Origin: Bacteroidales bacterium
GTDB lineage: Bacteria; Bacteroidota; Bacteroidia; Bacteroidales; UBA932
Direction: 5' to 3'
Length of the DNA: 64,000 nucleotides
Assembly: GCA_018434395.1 (NCBI GenBank)
Contig: JAHDPK010000025.1
Span: forward strand, 8,374 to 72,373
In this document: positions 1-11,450 of the stretch, piece after piece
Numbering within the stretch: the first letter of the stretch is position 1
Layout of the letters: each line of letters begins with the position of its first letter
The notes under the pieces: generated by a model
What the model saw: the letters and a program-made list of their open reading frames with translations, nothing else
Databases searched by the model: none
What the model was told of the DNA's origin: nothing
Made by a program: the position numbers and the translations under genes

Positions 1-320
1 AAACCCCATGCATTCTTAATCCCAACTTTGTCACAAATAATATTAGCAGTCGCAGGGAATAGCATATCTGGAGTAACAGTTGCACAAATCAATATATCTA
101 TCTCATCTCTGTTCAGACCCGTTTTTTTAATGAGATCTTCCACGGCTAACGCTCCCATATGGGAAGTACCAAGTCCGTCTTCTTTAAGTATCCTTCTCTC
201 TTTAACGCCAATACGAGTCATAATCCACTCATCGCTTGTGTCAACCATTTTTGACAACTCATCATTTGTAAGAATATACTCTGGAAGGTATGCACCAATG
301 CCATTAATAACTGCTCTCAT
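1..320 (-). CDS. fabH: 3-oxoacyl-[ACP] synthase III (FabH), 5' part only; gene continues past window start
   Basis: Own translation of the minus strand from the ATG (complement of 318-320) gives MRAVINGIGAYLPEYILTNDELSKMVDTSDEWIMTRIGVKERRILKEDG..., a typical FabH N-terminus. It is not in the ORF track because there is no stop in the window. The + ORF 28..336 is its antisense shadow. Confidence 0.85.
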   Translation of the reverse strand, partial: MRAVINGIGAYLPEYILTNDELSKMVDTSDEWIMTRIGVKERRILKEDGLGTSHMGALAVEDLIKKTGLNRDEIDILICATVTPDMLFPATANIICDKVGIKNAWG

Positions 321-438
321 AATTAATTCACATTAAAACTTATCAGGAAAAATGTTTAAATTGAGGTGTTAAGCAAAAACCAAACCATTACCCTGAATAA
401 GAGTGGAACTGTATATATATATAAAATTATAAAAAACA

Positions 439-621
439 CTATGATGATGATTTCTGAATCATCAAACGGCCTCTATAATAGCCACATTCAGGACAGACAT
501 GATGATATATAACTGCAGCACCACAATTGGAGCAGTGAGCAAGTGTTGGAACTTCCACACGGTCATGAGTTCTTCTCTTATCCCTGCGTGCTTTTGAAAT
601 CTTGTGTTTCGGATGTGCCAT
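439..621 (-). CDS. rpmF: 50S ribosomal protein L32
   Basis: 60 aa starting MAHPKHKISKARRDKRR, with a CxxC...CxxC zinc ribbon. Sits in the classic yceD-rpmF-fabH neighbourhood. Confidence 0.95.
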   Translation of the reverse strand: MAHPKHKISKARRDKRRTHDRVEVPTLAHCSNCGAAVIYHHVCPECGYYRGRLMIQKSSS

Positions 622-637
622 TTCTTAAATATTTTAC

Positions 638-1162
638 TTATAAATTCAACAATTCATTTAACTTAAAAAAAGGTGAAACATTGTCTGAAGGCGAATGTTC
701 TCCCTCAGCAGTTTTCAACCTCAGAATCATTTCAGGATCACACAATCCCTCTTCATGCACCATGTGTACAGGCAGAGAGAGAGTTATATAATCATAAAAA
801 AACTGACTCAGGTCAAGCACAGTCTCAGATGGGTCAATACTAACAATTTCAATAGCATCATTCTCCTCTCCCTCCTCTCTTACAAGTCTGACAAGAAGTG
901 ATGCTTCTGTTTCAACAGGCATGATCAATTCATCAAGGCATCTGTCACAATCCACAGTAACGTTACCATGAAATCTTGAAACAATCTTAATCCAAGACTC
1001 GCTTTTTTCCAAAGCGGTGTCAATCTCAATGGCCGCTTTATGGACAATAGAGTTTTCAAAATTATCGAAAAAACTGTTCCCAACCGAGAAGTTATAATAA
1101 TGCATCCCGCTTTTTAACCCTTTGACTGGAACCGAGTACTCCCTGTCCATTTTTATTTCCAT
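638..1162 (-). CDS. YceD/DUF177 family protein (23S rRNA accumulation protein)
   Basis: Acidic protein with a CDRCL...C motif directly upstream of rpmF. The first ATG is at complement 1160-1162; the track start at 1180 is a non-ATG extension. Confidence 0.8.
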   Translation of the reverse strand: MEIKMDREYSVPVKGLKSGMHYYNFSVGNSFFDNFENSIVHKAAIEIDTALEKSESWIKIVSRFHGNVTVDCDRCLDELIMPVETEASLLVRLVREEGEENDAIEIVSIDPSETVLDLSQFFYDYITLSLPVHMVHEEGLCDPEMILRLKTAEGEHSPSDNVSPFFKLNELLNL

Positions 1163-1213
1163 ATCAATTTGAGCGGGCAAAGTTAATCGATTTTTTTAAA
1201 AGAACAATTGAAA

Positions 1214-3010
1214 TTACCCCTTTCTTCTTTTTCTCTCATTTTCATCGAGAATGATTTTTCTTATTCTCATGCAGTGAGGAGTAACTTCAACTAATTCGTC
1301 ATCCTGAATGTATTCAAGCGCCTCTTCCAAAGAGAAAACGATCGGAGGAGGCAATACGACTTTTTCATCTGTACCTGCAGCACGGACATTGGTGAGTTTC
1401 TTTGTCTTACATATATTAATACCAAGGTCCCCTGCTCTTGTATGTTCTCCTACTACCTGTCCAGCATAGATCTCTTCTCCAGGATTTATAAAAAATCTGC
1501 CCCTGTCCTGTAACTTGTCCATAGCATATGCCACTGCCATGCCGGTTTCAATAGCAACCAGGGAACCATTATTTCTCTTTTCAATATCACCCTTGTATGG
1601 TTCATATCCCTTAAAACGATGTGCCACTACAGCTTCGCCCTGAGTGGCAGTCATTAAATTACTTCTCAAGCCCATTAACCCCCTGGATGGTATTTCAAAA
1701 TCAAGATGAACCCTGTCATTTCTATGCTCCATATGCATAAGACATCCTTTTCGTCTCGTGGTCATTTCAATAGCTTTGCCTACATGCTCTTCAGGAAGGT
1801 CAATTGTAAGATGCTCTATTGGCTCGCAACGTATACCATTTAAATTCTTATCCAAAACTTTAGGCTGTCCTATCTGCAGTTCGAATCCCTCCCGCCTCAT
1901 GGTCTCAATCAATATAGAAATATGGAGCACTCCTCTTCCATAGACAACAAATGAGTCTGCAGTCAGACCATTTTTAACTCTCAGCGCAAGATTCTTCTCA
2001 AGTTCTTTTTCAAGTCTCTCCTTTATGTGTCTTGATGTAACATATTTTCCCTCTTTCCCAAAAAAAGGAGAATCATTTATTGTAAACAACATGCTCATTG
2101 TAGGCTCGTCAATCGAAATAGGGGGCAAAGATTCTGGAAATTCATAATCTGCAATAGTATCTCCTATTTCAAAACCTTCTATACCAACAACAGCACATAT
2201 GTCACCACTTTTCACCTCTTCTGTCTTGGTTTTTTCAAGACCATCAAACACCATAAGTTCTTTAATACGACTCTTTTCAAATGTTCCATCTCTCTTACAA
2301 AGAGATATTTGCATCCCCTGTCTGAGAATACCTCTATGAACCCTTCCAATAGCAATTCTGCCAACATAAGGAGAGTACTCCAAAGAAGAAATTAGCATTT
2401 GAGGTGACCCTTCAAGCATCGATGGTTCAGGTATCTCTGAAATTATGGCATCAAAAAGAGTAGTAATATCATTAGTCACTTTTTTCCAGTCAGTTGACAT
2501 CCACCCTTGTTTGGCACTTCCATAAATTGTTTTGAAATCAAGTTGCTCTTCTGTGGCATTAAGACTGAACATTAAATCAAATACCTGCTCATTCACTATA
2601 TCTGGCCTGCAATTAGGTTTGTCAACCTTATTAATTACTACAACAGGTTTCTTACCCAATTCTATTGCTTTTTGGAGCACAAATCTTGTCTGCGGCATTG
2701 TCCCTTCAAAAGCATCAACCAGAAGCAGGACACCATCAGCCATATTAAGAACTCTTTCAACTTCTCCACCGAAATCCGCATGTCCCGGAGTATCAATAAT
2801 ATTTATCTTATAGTCCTTATAAGGAACAGAGACGTTTTTTGCGAGTATAGTAATACCTCTCTCCCTCTCAAGATCATTATTGTCGAGAATAAGATCCCCC
2901 ATCTTTTCGATATTCCTTGAGAGCTTGGCATACTGTATCATCCTGTCTACCAAAGTAGTTTTGCCATGATCAACATGAGCAATAATGGCAATATTTCTTA
3001 TTTTTTGCAT
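1214..3010 (-). CDS. typA: translational GTPase TypA/BipA
   Basis: 598 aa. G1 motif [24 protein letters not shown] and NKVD; EF-G-like domain layout. Confidence 0.95.
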   Translation of the reverse strand: MQKIRNIAIIAHVDHGKTTLVDRMIQYAKLSRNIEKMGDLILDNNDLERERGITILAKNVSVPYKDYKINIIDTPGHADFGGEVERVLNMADGVLLLVDAFEGTMPQTRFVLQKAIELGKKPVVVINKVDKPNCRPDIVNEQVFDLMFSLNATEEQLDFKTIYGSAKQGWMSTDWKKVTNDITTLFDAIISEIPEPSMLEGSPQMLISSLEYSPYVGRIAIGRVHRGILRQGMQISLCKRDGTFEKSRIKELMVFDGLEKTKTEEVKSGDICAVVGIEGFEIGDTIADYEFPESLPPISIDEPTMSMLFTINDSPFFGKEGKYVTSRHIKERLEKELEKNLALRVKNGLTADSFVVYGRGVLHISILIETMRREGFELQIGQPKVLDKNLNGIRCEPIEHLTIDLPEEHVGKAIEMTTRRKGCLMHMEHRNDRVHLDFEIPSRGLMGLRSNLMTATQGEAVVAHRFKGYEPYKGDIEKRNNGSLVAIETGMAVAYAMDKLQDRGRFFINPGEEIYAGQVVGEHTRAGDLGINICKTKKLTNVRAAGTDEKVVLPPPIVFSLEEALEYIQDDELVEVTPHCMRIRKIILDENERKRRKG

Positions 3011-3074
3011 AATTCAGGGCGCAAAAGTAATATTTTATTTACTTTTGCGGGTCATTATTTACAAAAATAATCAC

Positions 3075-4604
3075 ATGACAGATAAAATATTAATCCTCGA
3101 CTTTGGTTCCCAAGTAACTCAACTCATTGGCAGAAGAGTGAGAGAGCAAAACGTCTATTGTGAAATTTATCCATACAACCATTTTCCCCCTATTGATGAG
3201 AGTGTAAAAGGAGTCATTCTTTCTGGCAGTCCATATTCAGTCAGAGACTCTCAATCACCTCAAATTGATCTGTCTGCCATCAGAGGTAAAGTACCTGTTC
3301 TGGCTATTTGTTATGGTGCTCAATATATTGCACAAAAATTAGGTGGAGAAGTTGAGAGTTCTCATTCAAGAGAATATGGAAGAGCTATTTTATCTATTAA
3401 TGATCCCCTGTCTCCACTATTCAGAGAAATACCAAATAACAAACAGGTATGGATGTCCCATGGCGATACTATAAAAAAACTACCTGCAAATGCCGTTGCA
3501 ATTGCCTCAACAGACAATATTGACAATGCTGCTTTTAAAATTATCGGAGAAGAAACATACTGTGTACAGTTTCATCCTGAAGTTTATCACACAGAGATTG
3601 GCCCAGCTATTCTTGGGAATTTTGTAAAATTCATTTGCGGATGTAAGGGAGACTGGACTCCGGAATCTTTTATTGAAAGCACTGTTTCAGAGATTAAACA
3701 GAAAGTCGGCAACGATCATGTTATTCTCGGACTTTCTGGAGGAGTAGATTCAACTGTTGCTGCAGTACTGATGCACAAAGCAATTGGTGATAACCTTCAT
3801 TGTATTTTTGTTAATAACGGATTATTAAGAAAAAACGAATTTTCCGACGTCCTCTATTCATACAGAGATATGGGCCTTAATGTAACAGGCGTCGATGCTT
3901 CTGAAAAATTTCTTTATGCACTCAAAGGTGTTGTCGACCCTGAGGAAAAGCGCAAGGCCATCGGTAATGCCTTTATTGAAGTATTTGATGAAGAAGCAAG
4001 CAAGATTAAAAATGCAAAATGGCTGGCTCAAGGGACGATTTATCCTGATGTTATTGAATCTACTTCGGTCAATGGTCCAAGTTCAACCATCAAATCTCAT
4101 CACAATGTTGGAGGATTGCCAAAATACATGAATCTCAAAATCATTGAACCCCTTCGCTCTCTGTTTAAGGATGAAGTACGTAAGGTTGGGATGAAATTGG
4201 GAGTAAAAGAAGATTTTATTTTACGACATCCTTTCCCCGGTCCGGGACTTGGCATAAGAGTATTGGGAGAGGTTACTAAAGACAAATTGGAAATTCTAAG
4301 AGAAGCAGATTTTTATTTCATCGATGCTCTTAAAAAAGAGAGTCTTTACAATCATGTCTGGCAAGCAGCCACAATCCTTTTGCCAATCAAAAGCGTAGGA
4401 GTAATGGGTGACGAAAGAACATATGAATACACTATCGTACTCCGAGCCGTCACTTCGACAGATGGAATGACAGCAGATTGGGTTCATCTTCCATACCAAT
4501 TTCTTGCAAACGTTTCAAATGACATTATTAATAAGGTTAAGGGTGTCAATAGAGTAGTTTACGATATCTCTTCCAAACCACCCGCAACAATCGAGTGGGA
4601 ATAA
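3075..4604 (+). CDS. guaA: glutamine-hydrolysing GMP synthase
   Basis: GATase domain ([16 protein letters not shown]), ATP-PPase motif SGGVDS and C-terminal PPATIEWE. The ATG at 3075 fits better than the track start at 2985, which adds a hydrophobic junk extension overlapping typA. Confidence 0.95.
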   Translation: MTDKILILDFGSQVTQLIGRRVREQNVYCEIYPYNHFPPIDESVKGVILSGSPYSVRDSQSPQIDLSAIRGKVPVLAICYGAQYIAQKLGGEVESSHSREYGRAILSINDPLSPLFREIPNNKQVWMSHGDTIKKLPANAVAIASTDNIDNAAFKIIGEETYCVQFHPEVYHTEIGPAILGNFVKFICGCKGDWTPESFIESTVSEIKQKVGNDHVILGLSGGVDSTVAAVLMHKAIGDNLHCIFVNNGLLRKNEFSDVLYSYRDMGLNVTGVDASEKFLYALKGVVDPEEKRKAIGNAFIEVFDEEASKIKNAKWLAQGTIYPDVIESTSVNGPSSTIKSHHNVGGLPKYMNLKIIEPLRSLFKDEVRKVGMKLGVKEDFILRHPFPGPGLGIRVLGEVTKDKLEILREADFYFIDALKKESLYNHVWQAATILLPIKSVGVMGDERTYEYTIVLRAVTSTDGMTADWVHLPYQFLANVSNDIINKVKGVNRVVYDISSKPPATIEWE

Positions 4605-4614
4605 TAATATTAAA

Positions 4615-5529
4615 CTAACGGCGTGGATGACACCTTAGAATTCCTTCTCTCCACTTCTCGCTGTCAACATGAGTATATATTTCAGTAGTTAATATACTTT
4701 CATGCCCGAGCATTTGTTGAACTACCCTCAGATCTGCACCGTTTTCAACCAGATGAGTAGCAAAAGAGTGCCGAAAAGTATGAGGCGAAATTTCCTTTGA
4801 AATACCTGCTATCTTTGCCTGATTTTTTACTATCATAAAAATCATCTGACGAGACATCTTGCCTCCCCGTCTGTTTAAAAACACTACATCCTCGCAATTG
4901 CGATTTATTGGCAATCTTCTTCTTATTTGAAGATATAAATTAAGAGCCTCAGCAGCAGGTTCTCCCAGCGGAACCAATCTTTCCTTGCTCCCCTTCCCCA
5001 TTACTCTTATAAACCGTTCTTCAAGATAGAGATTGGATATTTTGAGATTGACAGCTTCGCTAACCCTTAGTCCACAAGAATATAACACTTCGAGAATGGT
5101 TTTATTCCTCTCACCTTCATAAGTGCTCCGGTCAACTGAGTTAATAATTGATTCTACCTCCCTGACAGACAGAACTACGGGAAGATTACGTAATATTTTA
5201 GGTGTATCCAACCTTTCAGTCGGATTGTTAGTACATTCTCCCGCATCTTCCAGGAAACCATAAAAAGATTTTAACGAGCTTATCAATCGAGCCTGAGAAC
5301 GCTTTGAGATACCTTCATTCATCCTTGCGCCGATATATTTATCAAGATCCTCTATCGATACCTCATTCAATGTCTTGATTTTATATCCATCACTATCCTT
5401 TCCCATAAAAGAATTCAGACTCGTAATATCAGAACAGTACGCACTAATGGTATTTTCTGAAAGTGACAACTCCATTCTCAAATAGGTGGCAAAATCTGCA
5501 ATATAAGGGTTCTGATATCTCTCCTTCAA
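4615..5529 (-). CDS. xerD: site-specific tyrosine recombinase XerD/XerC
   Basis: 304 aa. Phage-integrase SAM-like N-terminus, catalytic R...HTFRHSFATHL...GH...T.IY(T)H motifs. Confidence 0.85.
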   Translation of the reverse strand: MKERYQNPYIADFATYLRMELSLSENTISAYCSDITSLNSFMGKDSDGYKIKTLNEVSIEDLDKYIGARMNEGISKRSQARLISSLKSFYGFLEDAGECTNNPTERLDTPKILRNLPVVLSVREVESIINSVDRSTYEGERNKTILEVLYSCGLRVSEAVNLKISNLYLEERFIRVMGKGSKERLVPLGEPAAEALNLYLQIRRRLPINRNCEDVVFLNRRGGKMSRQMIFMIVKNQAKIAGISKEISPHTFRHSFATHLVENGADLRVVQQMLGHESILTTEIYTHVDSEKWREGILRCHPRR

Positions 5530-5568
5530 AATTCTGTATACATTTGTATAACAAAATTAGAACAAATT

Positions 5569-6987
5569 ATGTATAAAAAGAAAACTAAAATAATCTGCAC
5601 AATATCAGATAAAAGATGTGATGCCGGTTTTATTCGTTCTCTCTATGAGGCAGGCATGAATGTCGTAAGAATAAACTCCGCACATACCACTCTTGAGTCT
5701 TCTATGGAAATTGTCAATAATGTAAGAAAAGTTTCTGACAGGATAGCAATTCTCATAGACACTAAGGGACCAGAAATCAGAATCACAGCGATGGATAACC
5801 TCGATGGCTTTAAAGTTGAAAAGGGTGATACCATAACCTTTGCAGATGGAGTCGACCTTGTCTCATCAAAAGAACTTCTTTATACCAACTACTCCAATCT
5901 TGTAAGTGAAGTTCCCATTGGTGTAAAGATACTGATCGACGATGGAGAAATAAGTTTGACCACCGTAGGTAAAAGCATCGATAAATTAATATGCAAAGCA
6001 GATAATAATGGAATCATAAAAGGCAAAAAGAGTATTAATATACCTAATGTCAAGATAATGCTCCCATCAGTCTCTGAAAAGGATAAAAATTTTATAATCT
6101 GGGCTACCGACAATAATCTCGATTTCGTAGCACACTCATTTGTTAGAAATAAAAGTGACCTTATGGCTGTCCAAAAAATAATCGATGACAAAAAAAGTCA
6201 TCTTAAAATTATTGCAAAAATCGAGAATCAGGAGGGTGTCAACAATATAGATGAGATTCTTTCCCATTGCTATGGGATAATGGTTGCACGTGGAGATTTG
6301 GGAGTTGAGATTGAATATCAGAAGATTCCTATCATCCAAAATAAAATAATTGATAAGTGTCACCGAAGAAAAAAACCGGTAATAATTGCCACACAGATGC
6401 TTCATACTATGATTGAACACCCACGACCAACAAGAGCCGAAGTAACTGACGTTGCAAATGCGGTTCTTCAAAGCGCTGATGCAATAATGCTCAGTGGAGA
6501 AACTGCAGGAGGTGCTTATCCGCTTGAGGCTGTTCAGACAATGACTAAAATTGCACTCGAAATTGAACAACATCAAACTCCTTTCTATAATATAGAATTA
6601 CAGAACGTTACTGCCCCAATTGCAGCAGTTTTGGCAAAATGTATGGTAGATGCAACATCAAAACTTCCTATCAAGGCAATAGTTCTAGATACATTATCAG
6701 GAAGAACAGGAAGGTATATTTCGGCGTTCAGACCAAATGTTCCGGTTTACGCAAAATGCTATCAAGACTATGTGATGAGGGAACTTGCTTTATCATACGG
6801 AATAAATGCTTTTTGCTCAGACCCATACGATAGCAAAGAAGACTTTATTAAAACCGAAGTGAAAGCTCTTCTCAAAGATAAATGCTTCAGCAGAAATGAT
6901 ACTATTGGAATTATTGCCGGAAGCTTTGGAACATCAATCGGTGCTACTTATATGGAGATCAGTACTGCCCTGAACATGATAATGTAG
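5569..6987 (+). CDS. pyk: pyruvate kinase
   Basis: 472 aa. KIICTI, MNVVRINSAHT, IAKIENQEGV and MVARGDLGVEI motifs. Confidence 0.95.
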   Translation: MYKKKTKIICTISDKRCDAGFIRSLYEAGMNVVRINSAHTTLESSMEIVNNVRKVSDRIAILIDTKGPEIRITAMDNLDGFKVEKGDTITFADGVDLVSSKELLYTNYSNLVSEVPIGVKILIDDGEISLTTVGKSIDKLICKADNNGIIKGKKSINIPNVKIMLPSVSEKDKNFIIWATDNNLDFVAHSFVRNKSDLMAVQKIIDDKKSHLKIIAKIENQEGVNNIDEILSHCYGIMVARGDLGVEIEYQKIPIIQNKIIDKCHRRKKPVIIATQMLHTMIEHPRPTRAEVTDVANAVLQSADAIMLSGETAGGAYPLEAVQTMTKIALEIEQHQTPFYNIELQNVTAPIAAVLAKCMVDATSKLPIKAIVLDTLSGRTGRYISAFRPNVPVYAKCYQDYVMRELALSYGINAFCSDPYDSKEDFIKTEVKALLKDKCFSRNDTIGIIAGSFGTSIGATYMEISTALNMIM

Positions 6988-7599
6988 GCACCATTCTCTC
7001 AAACCGCAAACAGAGCATTTAGGATTTCTTGCTACGCAAATATACCTTCCATGCAAAATTAGCCAGTGATGAGCTATCGCCCTTTTATCTTCAGGAATAT
7101 TGGCTGAAAGATCCTGTTCAACTCCATAAGGTGTTTTACTTTTTGAGAGACCAAGCCGCCTCGAAATTCTAAAAACGTGAGTGTCGACTGCAATTACGGG
7201 TTTCCCATAAACTATTGAAGCCACCACATTGGCTGTTTTTCTTCCCACACCCGGTAATTCCTGTAAAAGTAGTGGATCTGATGGTACTTTGGAATCAAAC
7301 CTCTCAACAATCATTTTGGACATGTGCACAAGATGCTTGCTTTTGCTGTTTGGATAAGTAACTGAGGAAATATATCTAAAAACTTCTTCTGGTGTAGCAG
7401 AAGCAAGTGATTCAGGCGAAGGATACTTTTTAAACAGCTCTTTAGTCACCAGATTTACCCTTTTGTCAGTACACTGAGCTGATAATATAACTGCTACAAG
7501 CAGTTGGAATGGTGATTCATAGGAAAGTTCACTGACAGCCAGTGGCATGTTTGTTTCAAACCATTCAATAACTGACTTATAACGTTCAGCAAGATCCAT
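6934..7599 (-). CDS. nth: endonuclease III (DNA glycosylase/AP lyase)
   Basis: HhH-GPD motif LPGVGRKTANVV and C-terminal Fe-S cluster loop C-x6-C-x2-C-x5-C (CVARNPKCSVCGLREWC). Confidence 0.9.
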   Translation of the reverse strand: MDLAERYKSVIEWFETNMPLAVSELSYESPFQLLVAVILSAQCTDKRVNLVTKELFKKYPSPESLASATPEEVFRYISSVTYPNSKSKHLVHMSKMIVERFDSKVPSDPLLLQELPGVGRKTANVVASIVYGKPVIAVDTHVFRISRRLGLSKSKTPYGVEQDLSANIPEDKRAIAHHWLILHGRYICVARNPKCSVCGLREWCLHYHVQGSTDLHISSTD

Positions 7600-7601
7600 T
7601 T

Positions 7602-8327
7602 CTATTCGTAAAAAAGCTGTGAAAAATCTATCTCCTGACTCTCTTCTATCTCTTTAAAATAGAGATCCTCACACAGCATCATCTTAGCAGGATATTTCTT
7701 CAATAAAGATCTATTGTGTGTCACCATGACAATTGCAGGCTCCTGTTCCTTATGTATAGTCATAAGCAGGTCCATGATTTCATAAGCAGTTTCAGTATCA
7801 AGATTGCCTGTAGGTTCATCAGCAAGAATAATCTGAGGTTCATTAAGAAGTGCCCTTGCTATAGCTATTCGCTGCTGTTCCCCTCCAGAGAGCTGATGAG
7901 GCATTTTATGAGCCTTAAGCAACATGCCGACACTTTCTAATTTCGATTTAATTTTTCTGTCAATCTCCTTATCATTTTTCCACCCTGTAGACTGAAGCAC
8001 AAATTTCAGATTATCATAGACACTCCTGTCGACAAGAAGTTGGAAATCCTGAAATACCACACCTATTTGACGTCTGAGGTAAGGTATCTGCTTCCTTCTG
8101 ATTGTTTTAAGATCAAAACCTGCTACAGCAGCTTCTCCCCTTGATACTGGAATTTCTCCAATAATAGTTTTGATTACCGAAGACTTTCCACTACCAACTC
8201 TTCCAATTATAAAAACAAAATCACCTGCTTTTACAGAAAAATTTACATCTGTCAAAATCAGATTTCCCTCCTTGATAATATCGACTCCACTAAGATTTAT
8301 CAAGTAATCATTATTGTCCGACGGCAT
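7602..8327 (-). CDS. ftsE: cell-division-type ABC ATPase FtsE
   Basis: Walker A GRVGSGKSS, signature LSGGEQQR, Walker B ILADEPTGNLD. FtsE-like size, no fused permease. Confidence 0.8.
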   Translation of the reverse strand: MPSDNNDYLINLSGVDIIKEGNLILTDVNFSVKAGDFVFIIGRVGSGKSSVIKTIIGEIPVSRGEAAVAGFDLKTIRRKQIPYLRRQIGVVFQDFQLLVDRSVYDNLKFVLQSTGWKNDKEIDRKIKSKLESVGMLLKAHKMPHQLSGGEQQRIAIARALLNEPQIILADEPTGNLDTETAYEIMDLLMTIHKEQEPAIVMVTHNRSLLKKYPAKMMLCEDLYFKEIEESQEIDFSQLFYE

Positions 8328-8398
8328 TATATTCGCTATTTCATTACAAAATTACTAATTTTGGGAGCTAAACAACAATAGAATATAAAATTTATTAA

Positions 8399-11300
8399 AT
8401 GAAGCGAGCAATAATAAGATATGGCGCTACTCTTATATTTATTTTAAATACACTTCCACTTCTTACAGTGTCGGCTCAGGAGTTACAGTTTATATCCAAA
8501 TATGCTGCACATTATGAAAAAGGAATTGAGCTTTACAGCAAAATGCTTTATCAGGCAGCAGACTCAGAATTTGATATGGCTCTTGAATCTCTTCAATCAA
8601 ATTCCCCGATTCAAAGAGCAGAAGTTGAAGGTTACAAAGTGCTCATTGCCATAAAACTCGACAGACCAAACAAAGAGGCTCTGGTAAAAGATTATGTGTC
8701 AAACTATCCATTTTCCAATCAACTTAGTTCAATATATTTGAGTTTTGCAACCCATTTTTTTGAACATGAAAACTATAATCGTTCTCTGGAACTCCTTAAC
8801 CAGGTTAATACACGTAATCTCAACACTTTGCAAAAAGCAGAATATAATTTTAAACTTGGATATTCAAACATGAGAGTCGGGAACCTTACAAAAGCACTTT
8901 CTATTTTCGATTCCATGAGTTCCGGTAAATACACTTCATTTACAAATCCCGCATTATATTATTCTGCATATATTCACTATATGCTCAGAGATTTCAAAAA
9001 AGCTAAAGAGGGATTTTCCAAAATCAAAGGAGATCCGCAATTTGACATTCTTGCAAGATATTACATTCTCGAATCTGATTTTATGCTCAAAGATTATGAC
9101 GCTGTCATTACCAATGGTGAAAAACTATACGAAAACTTGGCAGAAGAGTTCAAGGCAAAATGTGCAAGAATACTTTCAGAAGCATTTTACAACAAAGGAG
9201 AGACAGAAAAAGCCAAGATCTATTTTGATAGATATTCTGGCAGCAACAGCAGACTTTCGAGAAATGATCATTATTATGAAGGAATGATTTCATACAAACT
9301 AAACAATTATCCTGCAGCTATTGAATCCTTCAGTAAAGTCATCTCCATTGCAGATACTCTTTCTCAAAATGCCAAATACCACTTGGGCTACTGCTATGCT
9401 GAAATAAAAAACAAGCAGATGGCGCTTCAATTATTTAAGGAAGCTTCCGAAATGAACTTTGATAAACTTATCAAGGAAGATGCCATGTTTAACTATGCAA
9501 AACTGTCATTTGACCTTAACTCTGATATCACAAAATTCCAAAGTTATCTTGCCGAATATTCACCACCTGACACAAAATTTAATGAGATTCAAAACTATAT
9601 AGCAGGTCACTACTTGCTTTCGGGAGAATACAAAGCAGCCGTGGACGCGCTCAAACTTATCAGTCATCCCTCTGACAGAGATAAGGCCAACCTTCAAAAA
9701 GCCTCATTTCTAAGGGGTATGCAACTCATGGAAAAGGGCGGTTACCGAGAGGCGATTCAGAACTTTGAACTATCAAGAAGCTGTTATACCGGCAACATAT
9801 ATATTAAAAATCTTGCCTCTTTCTGGCTTGCAGAAGCTTATTTCCGAAATGGACAAATTCAAAAGTCTATTGAAATTAATTTAGCATTACTAAACAAGGA
9901 ATTAAGTTTCAAAAAAACATCTGAATATCCCGTTGCTGTTTTTAACCTGGCATACGGATATTTTAAGCTTCCTGATTACAAGAAAGCTGAAGAAAATTTT
10001 AAAAGATATCTTGCAAACTCATCATCTGTACCCGATTACATTTCAGAAGCAAAACTTCGCACTGGAGATTGTTTGTTTATGCAAAAAAATTACAGTGATG
10101 CTATTGAGTTCTATTCACAAGTTGACCCAAGAGACCAACTTTCCACTACCTACGCAAGATATCAAATGGCAATTGCATATGGTCTCCTTGGCAACGATAA
10201 CAAAAAGAAAGAGATACTCAAAAAAGAAGTGGCAGATTCCAAAAACAAAAATTGTTACTACCCAGAGATACTGTATGAACTTGGAAGAACTCTTGTTCAA
10301 AGAGGAGAAGGAGACGAAGCTGTCAAATATTTCAAAGAACTAACTGAAGAATATAAGGATACCCCATACTTTACTAAGGCTCTCCTTGAACTTGGTCTCA
10401 TATCTCTGAATTCTAAAGACTATTCCGGAGCAATTCAATATTACAAAACAATATTGGAAAAAGCTCCAGATTCCCCTGATGCTCAAAGCGCAATTGCTGG
10501 ACTTGAAAACATATATCAAGAAAGGGGAGAGGCAGAAGAATTTCTCTCATATCTCGACCAGAAAGGTCTTTCTACAACAAAGTCAGCAAGCGACAAAGAA
10601 TTGATGCTGTTTAATTCTGCCGAAAAACTTTATCTCTCTGGCAATGTAACAGGAGCAATAAGTGCACTTAACTCGTTCATTTCAAAGTATCCTTCCAGCG
10701 TCAAACTTTCACAAGCCTATTACTATCTTGGAGAACTCTATCTTAAATCTGATAAACCTGAACATGCTCTTGATGCATTCTTGACAGTAATGCAAAAAGG
10801 AGAAGGTTCTTTTGTGGAGCTAGCAACACTTAACTATGCAAGGATAGCCTATCGACTCGAAGACTACAAAAGAGCACTGGAAGGTTATTCCACACTTAGT
10901 ATCATTGCTAAACTTCCTAATAATAAAATAGAAGCAGAAGTGGGTAGAATTAATTCTTTTTTCATGGACAAACAGTACGAAAATGCTATTGCTGAAGCTC
11001 AAAAAATTAACATCAATAATCTTGGAGAATCTGACAGACTGAGAATCAAATATGTGATGGCTAAATCCTACTATCTCTTGGGAGAAAGAGATAAAGCAAT
11101 GCCATTATTAAGAGAGATAGCAAAGAACAAGATTTCTCCTGAAGGAGCTGAATGTCAATATTTAATAATTGCAAATGCTTTTGACAGTGGGGATTTTCAA
11201 ACTGTTGAAAAAGAGGTATTCGCATTCTCTGACTCAAACACCCCTCAAACATACTGGCTTGCAAAAAGTTTTATTCTTCTTGGCGACAGTTATGCTGAAA

Positions 11301-11431
11301 AGGAAGAGTGGGAACAAGCTGAAGCAACTTTCAAAAGCATTCTGGAATCTTATAAGCCATCATCAAAAGACGACATTGAAGACCAAGTCAAAATGAGACT
11401 CTCGAAAATTTCGAAGAATAAAAATAGATAA
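8399..11431 (+). CDS. secreted tetratricopeptide-repeat (TPR) protein
   Basis: 1010 aa. N-terminal signal peptide (…LLTVSAQE) followed by many A/Y/L-periodic TPR-like repeats (…YNKGETEKAKIYF…, …YFRNGQIQKSIE…). Confidence 0.7.
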   Translation: MKRAIIRYGATLIFILNTLPLLTVSAQELQFISKYAAHYEKGIELYSKMLYQAADSEFDMALESLQSNSPIQRAEVEGYKVLIAIKLDRPNKEALVKDYVSNYPFSNQLSSIYLSFATHFFEHENYNRSLELLNQVNTRNLNTLQKAEYNFKLGYSNMRVGNLTKALSIFDSMSSGKYTSFTNPALYYSAYIHYMLRDFKKAKEGFSKIKGDPQFDILARYYILESDFMLKDYDAVITNGEKLYENLAEEFKAKCARILSEAFYNKGETEKAKIYFDRYSGSNSRLSRNDHYYEGMISYKLNNYPAAIESFSKVISIADTLSQNAKYHLGYCYAEIKNKQMALQLFKEASEMNFDKLIKEDAMFNYAKLSFDLNSDITKFQSYLAEYSPPDTKFNEIQNYIAGHYLLSGEYKAAVDALKLISHPSDRDKANLQKASFLRGMQLMEKGGYREAIQNFELSRSCYTGNIYIKNLASFWLAEAYFRNGQIQKSIEINLALLNKELSFKKTSEYPVAVFNLAYGYFKLPDYKKAEENFKRYLANSSSVPDYISEAKLRTGDCLFMQKNYSDAIEFYSQVDPRDQLSTTYARYQMAIAYGLLGNDNKKKEILKKEVADSKNKNCYYPEILYELGRTLVQRGEGDEAVKYFKELTEEYKDTPYFTKALLELGLISLNSKDYSGAIQYYKTILEKAPDSPDAQSAIAGLENIYQERGEAEEFLSYLDQKGLSTTKSASDKELMLFNSAEKLYLSGNVTGAISALNSFISKYPSSVKLSQAYYYLGELYLKSDKPEHALDAFLTVMQKGEGSFVELATLNYARIAYRLEDYKRALEGYSTLSIIAKLPNNKIEAEVGRINSFFMDKQYENAIAEAQKININNLGESDRLRIKYVMAKSYYLLGERDKAMPLLREIAKNKISPEGAECQYLIIANAFDSGDFQTVEKEVFAFSDSNTPQTYWLAKSFILLGDSYAEKEEWEQAEATFKSILESYKPSSKDDIEDQVKMRLSKISKNKNR

Positions 11432-11450
11432 GATAAAGAAGATAAGATAA

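Noticed and set aside
28-336. 102-aa + strand ORF at the window start
   Set aside because: It is the antisense shadow of fabH. The minus strand translates into a clean FabH N-terminus, while the + ORF is low-complexity S/I/L-rich.
2985-3074. N-terminal extensions in the ORF track. Affected genes are guaA, dsbD-like, grpE, crp/fnr, gmk, rluA-like, dndC and the radical SAM gene.
   Set aside because: The extensions are hydrophobic or low-complexity, overlap neighbouring genes or promoters, and often begin at non-ATG codons. Internal ATGs give canonical N-termini.
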